Assembly (NCBI GenBank): GCA_951406725.2
Contig: OX597821.1
Coordinates: 5,518,001 to 5,582,000 of the forward strand
Reading direction: 5' to 3'
Length of the DNA: 64,000 bases
DNA from: Octopus vulgaris
Taxonomy: Eukaryota
The notes under the pieces are model-generated. The model saw nothing but the letters and a program-made list of their open reading frames with translations. It searched no databases and was not told the DNA's origin. Every line of letters starts with the position of its first letter. The stretch's first letter is position 1. This document shows, piece after piece, positions 54,226 to 64,000 of the stretch. The translations under genes and the position numbers were made by a program.

Positions 54226-54229
<4 letters not shown>
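53927..54229 (-). mobile_element. Short PLE-terminus-like element with ~63-bp fold-back arms around an HHR, in (TA)n
   Basis: ataatattaattcgagacaaaac...aacaaggaaagactta pairs with taagtccttccttgtt...gttttgtctcgaattaatattat. Confidence 0.75.
54100..54142 (-). ncRNA. Minimal type I hammerhead, canonical core
   Basis: CCAC CUGACGA AUGUC auugaa GACAU GAAA C GAUU G UA GUGG. Confidence 0.82.
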
Positions 54230-54285
<56 letters not shown>

Positions 54286-54314
54286 TATGTACACATATAT
54301 ATATATATGCACAT

Positions 54315-54371
<57 letters not shown>

Positions 54372-54419
54372 CATATATATGTATGTATATATATTTTTAA
54401 AAGCATTTTCATGGTTAGC

Positions 54420-55330
54420 TATTCTTTGTTTAATAAAACAGAAGGTAGCACCTATATAGAAATACTCATTGACTCCTGAGGTAACTCTGCACCTGTAAAC
54501 CCCAATTTAGTCATACATTCGAAATTTAAAGGCCATCGTCTATTTCTTGCGCAATCACAGGTATTAGCCTTAATTCTATTAATATTTTTATGTTGGTTTC
54601 ATGAGGGGTTTTCTCTAACTTATTTTGCCTATTTTATAGGTTATTTCTTCTTTTCACATTGATGACATTCCAAGTAGTGCACTTTCTAATGTTCTTATCT
54701 TCACTTCCTAGTCTCACGTTTGATTTTTGTTACAGTTGTTTTCCTTTCGTTAGTACTTCTGTTATAGCCATTTAATCCATTCCTGGCTTGGTTATTGAAA
54801 TTACAACCGTTACTATTTATTGTGAATCCACGATTTATATTCTGGTTGCTACCATCCGTATTCTTATGGAAATTACTTAACTTACTACGTTGAGTGTTGC
54901 TATAATTTGCACGAGGCTCGGCTATTAGAAAATTCAAGCTTGATTTTATGTTTATTAAACACTTTAAAGTATTTCCTATTTTTTGGAAAATATTTTTCCA
55001 ATACCGAGTGGAACAATTTGGGAATGTTGGAAAGAATTTACTTTCCGAAGAGAATTATATACCACTACACATTCTTAGAAATATTTTTACTGTAATTTTT
55101 TTTAGTTTGGTTGCCTGCAGTTGTAGCTAAGTTCATAGTAAAAATGTTTACCCGGTTTCCCTGGCTTTTATATTTGGTCCTCTTGCTATTACATTCGTTA
55201 ATTATTTGTGTAGTTCAAGTGAAAAGTTTCTCATAGTGGTTAGCCCATATCTTCCTCTCTACTATATTTTATTCATATTCAAATTGTTATCATAACAGTA
55301 GGAATATTTAATTACTTTTCGATATCTCAT
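54420..55330 (-). mobile_element. Degraded fragment of a second PLE lineage (thumb/linker region)
   Basis: Translations KNV*WY...SNIPKLFHSVLEKYFPKNRKYFKVFNKHKIKLEFS and TCDCARNRRWPLNFECM resemble WFNPP...TNIG..FL.L..KHFP...KIFNR..VKVSYS and CNC....CPL.G.C. Confidence 0.55.
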
Positions 55331-55592
55331 GCAGCGCTCTCACTCTGCACTACCGTGTTTTAAGATTAGCTGCGTCGTTTTTTTTTATTATATAAGTCAC
55401 CATAAACAAACATATATATGTACATACGCACAAACACACAAACACACATACATACATACATGATACACTCAAGAGATTACAAAGAATTCATTAAAAAACA
55501 GTCCCAATCACTGCTAAAATCCACAACGAATCACTTTTAGGTCACTTGACCATTTAACATACTACTATCATGGCACTACCGCATTCTTCTTC

Positions 55593-55624
<32 letters not shown>

Positions 55625-55652
55625 CTTCTTCTTCTTCTTCTTCTTCTTCGTA

Positions 55653-55692
<40 letters not shown>

Positions 55693-55717
55693 TATATATA
55701 TATATATATATATATAG

Positions 55718-55776
<59 letters not shown>

Positions 55777-55929
55777 CACATATATGACAGAATAATATCC
55801 CCGTAAACTGATAACAATATAAACAAAACTAATAACATAATAAATACACAGATAAACAAATGGAAGTAAATAGCTATATACATTGACAAGAAAAGATTAA
55901 TTTCATTAAATACAACCCCAAAAAAATTA

Positions 55930-56339
55930 ATAATAATAATAAGTAGGTGTAAACACATGAACAAAATAAACAAAAACAAATTACATGAACGTGTATAAAC
56001 AGGAGATACAAATATTACAGGCACTTCCCACCCACCCACACACACACACACACAAACTAAACATAGACACACATAGGGGCATACACATGCGCAAATAAAG
56101 ACACATACAATAGGAATACAAAATACAAAATCGCTGACCATTAGTAAGGAGAGACACACTAATAAGAAAAAAGAAAGCAAAGGACCACTGATGAGGTCAC
56201 AGAAGTGTGACGAATGAATTCTGAGGGAAATAAGATTAGGATTAATGTAAAAAATAAACAAAGCTGAAGCAAATTAACACCAAATATATAGTGCGTGTGT
56301 TTTTATTGGCTAAACTGGCATAATGACCATTCCTAAATA

Positions 56340-56347
<8 letters not shown>
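55930..56347 (+). mobile_element. Second copy of the 14648-15047 repeat, with an HHR-like motif at 56182-56226
   Basis: GGACCA CUGAUGA g GUCAC agaagu GUGAC GAAU GAAU UC UGagg; ends at (TA)n. Confidence 0.75.
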
Positions 56348-56380
<33 letters not shown>

Positions 56381-56401
56381 TATACATATACATATATATA
56401 C

Positions 56402-56522
<121 letters not shown>

Positions 56523-56536
56523 ATGTGTGTACATAT

Positions 56537-56916
56537 TTTTTCTACACTAGGCACAAGTCCCGAAATTTTGTGGGAGAGGGCCAGTCGATTAGATCGACCC
56601 CGGCAGGCAACTGGTACTTAATTCATCGACTCCGAAAGAATGAATGACAAAGTCGAGCTCAGATCGTAAAGACAGACGAAATACCTATTTCTTTACTACC
56701 CACAAGGGGCTAAACACAGAAAGGACAAACAAGGACAGACAAACTGAATAAGTCGATTATACCGACCCCAGTGCGTAACTGGTACTTAATCTATCGACCC
56801 CGAAACGATGAAAGGCAAAGTCGACCTCGGCGGAATTTGAACTCACAACGTAACGGCAGGCGAAATACCGCTAAGCACTTCGCTCTGCGTGCTAACGTTT
56901 CTGCCAGCTCGCTGCC
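56537..56916 (-). mobile_element. SINE family A, full copy (56686-56916) plus an adjacent partial copy
   Basis: Reverse complement of 51907-52137. Confidence 0.8.
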
Positions 56917-56975
56917 TTATATGTGTATACATATTATAACACACTTGCACTTCTGCTCGCCAAGCTCTCTTGCAC

Positions 56976-57023
<48 letters not shown>

Positions 57024-57511
57024 CTATCTATCTTTATTCCTCTCTTTATCTTTCTTTCTCCCTCTATCTGTCTTCTTGACTTTTTCTCTCACCTACTCCA
57101 AATACCTACATAACGTGTAGAAGTTCCTACACTCACATCTAACTAATAACAAAGACTACTGAATTCTATATAAATGTCCTGAAGAAATGCAGTTGATATA
57201 TTCCTTTTACGTCACTGCTTCTTTATTTGATAGTCATCCACGCATTTTTTTTACCGCCTCTTCAATTATTCCGCGAATCAATAAGTAGGTATATGAGAGA
57301 TATATGTAACTGTGTATACATATACTACTTATACATATACATACAGGGGTATATATGATATGTGTATATATGTATGTGTGAGTGTGTGTATGTGTATATA
57401 TAAATATGTACAATTACATATGTATATACAAAATGCACACATAAATACACACCACAATGCATATATATATAAATTTATATAAATTCATACAAATGCATAT
57501 ATATATGTATA

Positions 57512-57547
<36 letters not shown>

Positions 57548-57548
57548 C

Positions 57549-57605
<57 letters not shown>

Positions 57606-58045
57606 CATATGTATGTATACATATATAAATGCATAAATGTATATATTTGTGTGTGCGCGTTGATATAAATATACACACACACATATATATGTACGTATGT
57701 GTGGACATATGCAAATATATGTAAATACGCGTATATATACGCATAGACGTCTGATATATGTCTGTGTGTATGTGTGTATGCGTGCGCATTTCTGTATACT
57801 TGTATACATACATAAATTTATATATACGTACATTCATACTTATACATATTCATTGTTCATGTACAACCGCTGGACGTAATTTCTGAATCTTAAGGAAGGA
57901 AATGCCGTCACGTGATGGCTTTCTTCCACTCCTAGTTTTAGAGAACGACTTCGTGTTTTATTTACTTTTATTATCACCCAAAAGAAGTCAGCATCATATA
58001 TTAGTATTATCATTATTATTATTACTATTATTATTATTATTATTA

Positions 58046-58107
<62 letters not shown>

Positions 58108-58167
58108 GCAATTATTATAGTACCTACTATAGACGGGGTTCTTGTTACCATTATTATTATTATTATC

Positions 58168-58212
<45 letters not shown>

Positions 58213-59159
58213 GTCATTATTACTGTTTTCCATTTTGACTCCTCGTCTCACCGCCCATTCTCCTCTAATCATCTGAGCACAATAGCATCTATTTATCTCC
58301 TCGCACTCTTCAAGACTCACTGAATCTCTCTCTCTCTCTCTCCTCCTCTCTCTCTCTTCCTCTCTCTCTCTCTTCCTCTCTCTCCCTTCCTCTTTCCCTC
58401 TCTCTCACTCAATCTCTTTTTGTCTCTCTCTTTCTCCCCCCTCTCTCTCTCTCTCTCTCGCGTCCGCCATTTCCTCTCCAGTTCTACGTAACTTGGGGGC
58501 ATGCGTGCTGTCATCACTAGCGAGCGCTAGAAGTAAATATCTGTTGGATGGAGGTGGTGTGTTTCTTTCGCCTCACACATTATAACAACATACCTACCGG
58601 CTATAATTTCTGAATTGCCGTTTCACCTCCAGTCAGTAGGTGGAGATTTGAAGTACCACTGCTATCATCGCTACCAACACCGCTACCACTAACAACATAA
58701 ACCTCACTACTAACAATAACAGCAACACCAACAACTCCAGTACCACCACGACCACTAACATCAAAGACCACGACTAATATGCAACGACGGGCACCAGTAC
58801 CACCACTGGTATCGTGAACACCAAACGATAACGACCAACTGCAGCAATATTATCAACATCACCACCGCCACCATCAACGACAATTACATTTATCACCTCA
58901 CCCCCATCACCAACGGCTCCACCACCAAACACTGCGATCATCAAAACCACCGAAAACTTACCAATACCACAGCTAAAACCAACAACAATACCAATGACAA
59001 CCAACAACACCATCAACAAGAAAAGTAGCAACGAACAACACCAGCATGAAAACCTATAATACCACCAACAACAACAACTCAAACACTACCAACATAGCAA
59101 CAACAACAGTACCAACTTAAACCATAGTCTAACATCGTTACTATGACTACCATCAATAC

Positions 59160-59255
59160 AGTAAAGGGTAAAGACCCCTTTCGGTCACGAATGACCATGG
59201 GATTGCACCTAGGCATAGGTCCGAGCAAGGTTGTTTATGGATGATGATGATGAAG

Positions 59256-59328
<73 letters not shown>

Positions 59329-59358
59329 CAACAATAACCCTGTCTAGAGTAGGTACTC

Positions 59359-59394
<36 letters not shown>

Positions 59395-59680
59395 GTCCGA
59401 GCAATGTTGTTTATGGAAGACCACTCATCCTCACCCTCTCCACACCGTTATATGTATATAAGGTAAGAGTAAAGACACCCTTCTGTCTGAAAGACCATGG
59501 GATTGCACCTAGAAAATTACCCTCCGAGGCACAAGTGAAGGCCACCATTATATGTACATAGAGTAAAGACCCCCTTCAGTTATGAATGACCATGGGATTG
59601 CACCTAGAAAGTTACCCACTGTAGTACAAGTGAGGGCAAGGTTGTTTATGGAAGACCACCAGTCACTCATGCATACCAGT
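59160..59680 (-). mobile_element. SINE family C tail units, three copies, interrupted by (AAT)n
   Basis: gaccatgggattgcacctag at ~59193, ~59493 and ~59588; reverse complement of the tails at 60400-60655 and 62820-63075. Confidence 0.7.
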
Positions 59681-60255
59681 CTTAATAACAACATAAATAC
59701 TACTAACAACAACAACAATACCAAGACTACCAACGTAGATTATAGCATAATAACGCTACTAACACTACCACCAGTAGTAACAGCATAAATACTACCAATA
59801 CACCAACAACCACATAACATACCAACATCACTACTACCACCATCAGTAACAACAACAACTACTACTACAGCACTAGGAAGACCAACCACGCTAGAAAGAT
59901 CTCCAGTTCCATCGATCCCGCGAAAACAACATCCCTTACTGGCACAAATATCGATGCAACCAAGGCCTTTTACATCATCACTACCATCGCATCAACACTA
60001 CAAATAAAACCCATACTAACATCACTACCACCACCGCCACAAACACAGGCACCAACAACAACAATGTCACCACAAGATCAAGAATACCACAACTGCAATA
60101 CCACCTCGCAAATACCAACAACACAAATACCACAAACTACCACGGCCATCACAATAACACAATCATATCGCCAGTCATATGTTACTACTTGCATTTATTC
60201 AGTACTTCGACTAATATCTCATATGTGTTTCTGATATGTTATTTTCTTAGGAGAA

Positions 60256-60655
60256 AACGCTTGGCTCAGTGGTTAGAGTTCTAAGCTCACAGTCGTGAGG
60301 TAGTGATTTCGATTCCTGGACCAGGTTCTCTGTTGTGTTGTGTTCTTGAGCAAGACACTTTATTTCACGCAGCTCCAGTTCACTCATTTGTAGATATCTC
60401 TTCCATAAACAACCTTGCTCCGAATTGCGCCTGGGTGGGTGACTTTGTAGGTGCAATCCTATGGTCATTTGTGACAGAAGGTGGTGTTTAACCATTACCC
60501 TATGTACGTGTAATGGTGTGAAGAAGGAAGGCTGGTATGCACGGGCGACTATTGGTCTTCCATAAACAACCTTGCTCGGACTTTCGCCACGGGGGGAGAG
60601 AGAACTTTCTTGATGCAATCCATGGTCATTTGTAACTGAAAAAAGATCGTTACCC
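60256..60655 (+). mobile_element. SINE family C with duplicated tail unit
   Basis: TGGCTCAGTGGTT...TTCGATTCC head; tcttccataaacaaccttgctc...tgcaatcc..tggtcattt occurs twice. Confidence 0.7.
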
Positions 60656-60959
60656 TTATTTTAAAATGTTATTGAATGTTTCGTTTTCTCTTTTAATTCT
60701 TTGAATTCTTCCTAAAAGGAAACAAGGCAAACAGAGAAGCAAGGCTGCATCCCTGGAATTTAGATAACTCTGATAGGAATTACATGTTGAACTTTTTTTA
60801 AATCCTTACACATTTTTCCCGTTCCACTTACAGGTTGTATTAACAGAGTGCCTGTTAGCTTATTCCTTTCTTTGAAAATTTTACTTTTTCAGATTAGACA
60901 CATTTACTAATATAAACAAGTGCTCCAAAAATTCTGGTAAATGATGAGGTGCTGATATG

Positions 60960-61145
60960 CTCCTAGCTTCAAGGGTTTCACGAAAGATCTCGTTGGAGGC
61001 CCAAGATTCCGAGATCTTTTACAGGGCTTAGGAGAACTGAAGGACCACTACAATAAGTGTGTGACTCTGAGAGGGGAATATGTTTAACTGATCCTCCTGT
61101 ATTTTCTTTTATCCAAAGCCAGGGACTTTTCAGCACCCCCTCCTA
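60960..61145 (+). mobile_element. Mariner 3' relic
   Basis: Translation ...LKDHYNKCVTLRGEYV*, followed by TIR-like gggacttttcagcacccc. Confidence 0.55.
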
Positions 61146-62212
61146 AATGTGAATTTGAAATCAGGGTAGAGAAGCAACGGGTTTCAAACCAGTTGTTTGC
61201 AAATATTGCCCTTGGTAGAGATTCTGTTAGTTGAGTTCACATTTATGGGGTAACACCTCTATGACTACAGGACATATTTTTTCTTTTACTTTTTTATTCT
61301 GAAAACCTATATCAGACCTGATATGGTTGCCCTTTGCACTAATATTCGATTTATGGTGACAAAACTCTTTGAATATAAATCACATGCTAAGCAAATAATA
61401 AAACCCATTTGATTTATTTGAAACATTTTGTAGTATAGTAGAAGGCTACACAGCGATCAACTACCGATAGTCATTTTGAAATATTTTTACAAAAATTTCG
61501 ATATACGACGAGAAAAAATATTCTTAGAAAGAATGAAAGGGTTAGATATTTATCGAGTAAAAGTATGGCACAACGTCGGCACCAACTCTACATATTGGAT
61601 AGAAGTAAAGAAGAATTTTTGTTCAGCCAGTCTCTGAAGTATAAGCCTCATAGCAATAAGCTGTTAATAACGACGTTATTATAAAATATATCGAGTATTG
61701 CTACTATACATAAATCAATGTGTACATCCAAAAACATAATTAAAAGCTGTTATGAACAGACGCAAGGCACCGAGCGGGGAGTTTTGTTTTCGTTGGACAA
61801 AGGTTTAGCTGCATTTCTTCAGGCTCTTTAAGTAATGAGTTCAAATCCCGTTGGGGTTAATTTGCTTTTCATTCGTTCGGGGTCGATGAAATAGAGTTAC
61901 TATTCAAGTGCTGGGATAAATATAATCAACTTGGCCCTTTCCTCTCAAAAATTACTGGTTTTGAAACCTGCAATGTATCAGCGTGCCGTTCGAGAAGAAG
62001 AATGAAATTTCGGGCGCTTAAATGTCATGAAATCTGGGTAACCGACTTTATGAGTCCCAGTATTTGATAAAAAAAGAATGAAGACAAAATACAAACGTTT
62101 GTTTGCAAAAGAGAAATGTGTGTAACTATTTCAAATGCGTAAAATTACAAAAACATGACATAAACATACATTATATGGAATCAAATAGACTGGGATTAAA
62201 ATACCTATTACA

Positions 62213-62387
62213 AATTTTGGCACAAGGCCAGTAATTTCTGGGAGAAGGAAAGTCGATTAAGTCGACCACAGTGTTCGACTGGTACTTATTTTATTGATCC
62301 CGGAGTGATGAAAGATAAAGTCAACCTCGGCGGAATTTGAACTCAGAACGTAAAGACTGGCTAAATGCCGATAAGCTTTTTCGCCTT
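62213..62387 (-). mobile_element. SINE family A fragment
   Basis: ggcacaaggcc...actggtacttattttattgatccc...aaagtcaacctcggcggaatttgaactcagaacgtaa. Confidence 0.7.
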
Positions 62388-62616
62388 AACTGAGATCAAA
62401 ATATTTAAGGCAATTACAAGTGGACTATAACTTGTACTCAACACAGCCATTTCTTGTGTCAGAATTAAATCCTGCAAAATCGTGGGACACAGAACGAGTA
62501 ACAACCATATACATGTCATCATCAGTGAGAAAGTAACGAATTCATGGAGCAGAGCAATAACATCGTGAAAGAAGTCATTATTAGAACTAAATAAGATAAA
62601 ACGGTTGTTAAATGGT

Positions 62617-63080
62617 AACGCATGGCTCACTGGTTAGAACGATGGGCTCACAATCATGGGGGAGTGAGTTCGATTCTCGGATTCGACTGTGTGTTGTGTT
62701 CACTCAGCTGTAGAAATGAGTTGCGACTTCACTGGTGCCAAGCTGTATCGGGCTTTGCCTTTCACTTGGATCACATTGGTGGCGTGGAGAGAGGTGGATG
62801 GTATGTATAGGCACTGCTGGTCTTCCATAAATAATCTTGCCTGGGCATGTACCTCAGAGGACAACTTTCTAGGTGCAATCCCATGTTCATTTACGACCGA
62901 AGTGGGTTCTTTATCCTTTACCCTATGTACATATAATGGCGTGGAGAGGGGGGCTGGTATGCACGAGTGATTACTGATCTTCCATAAACAACCGTGCCCG
63001 GACTTGTACCTCGAACGGGAACTTTCTAGGTGCAAACCCATGGCGATTGATGACTGAAGGGGTCTTTAACCTTAACCCTA
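62617..63080 (+). mobile_element. SINE family C with duplicated tail unit
   Basis: TGGCTCACTGGTT...GAGTTCGATTC head; tcttccataaa...aactttctaggtgcaa.cccatg occurs twice. Confidence 0.75.
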
Positions 63081-63792
63081 TGCCTGGCATATTCTACCTC
63101 AGGTCCCTCTCGAGCGCTACTGTTGAAATGTAACCCAGCACAACCAGTCGCATGGTCGAGTTATCAGTGACTAGACTGGTCACTCCATGGAGCTTTCTTG
63201 GAGAGGAGAGTGATTTACTGGAAATCCTGAGGGAAGAAAAAAGCAAGACCCGTCAAAGAGCGAAGGAAGTCAAGAAAGTCAACAGTCATCCAATAATACG
63301 TGAAGATGCGTGGCCTAGTGGTTAGCGCTATTGCATTCACGATCGTGAGATCGCGGTTTCGATTCACAGAACAGCTGGGCGTTATGTTTTCAGCAAAACA
63401 CTTCATTTCACGTTGGTCCAGACCACTCAGCTGTAGATGGGTAACTCTGGCGGATTACCGTTCTAAGGTGAGGCGGTGACTCGGGAAAATCACCCGAACG
63501 GAGCCTTTGCGAGTCACGCTTTGTATTGAAACGATCGAAAGAATGAATAGTACAAGGCGCACTGTGAATCCCAACTGGTTGGGATTGGTTTTTCGACCAC
63601 ATCGAAGATCAAAGAATGTCTTTGAGGTACGTAATTGCTTTACTTTCACCATAAAGTCTCAGGTAAAGTCACTAGCGGCGCCACACGAGTACAACTCTGC
63701 AATACATTATATATTCATACGTAGGCACACGTACTCACATATGCGTACACACATATATAAACTTCCTTTCTTTCTCTGTGTGAATATATAAA

Positions 63793-63854
<62 letters not shown>

Positions 63855-64000
63855 AATACATATATATGTATGTCTGTGTATGTATATTATCTCTCTTTCT
63901 CTGTGTGTGTATATATTGTATATATATATATATCTGTATATAGGCCATACATTAGATCGAAAGATTCCCAGCATAGAAGACATTTAATAGTGCTCAAAGA

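Noticed and set aside
58640-60170. Thr/Asn-rich mucin-like coding appearance
   Set aside because: This is degenerate (ACC/AAC/ACT)n sequence with frequent stops and embedded SINE tails.
63083-63200. Possible HDV-like ribozyme at a LINE 5' end
   Set aside because: I could not build the nested double pseudoknot by eye.

Overview
AT-rich, microsatellite-saturated animal non-coding DNA. The SINE families and simple-repeat load look like an octopus genome (inference). I found no credible host protein-coding exon; almost all listed ORFs are translated microsatellites. The window is a transposon graveyard: tRNA-derived SINEs, mariner and Tc1 relics, R4/Dong-like non-LTR fragments, and one nearly complete but frameshifted Penelope-like element (PLE; RT + GIY-YIG, minus strand, 32568-36481) bracketed by ~285-bp inverted repeats. 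The most notable signal is about 16 type-I hammerhead ribozyme (HHR) motifs, intact to decayed, read by eye. They lie in PLE termini and in short non-coding elements, mostly next to (TA)n tracts. They include a 591-bp head-to-tail HHR dimer and a 444-bp terminally redundant HHR monomer (both retrozyme/circRNA-like), and the core 3-8 pair occurs as C-G, U-A and G-C. There are also large spaced inverted duplications (837-bp and ~205-bp arms) and several fold-back elements. All folding and alignment was done by eye.
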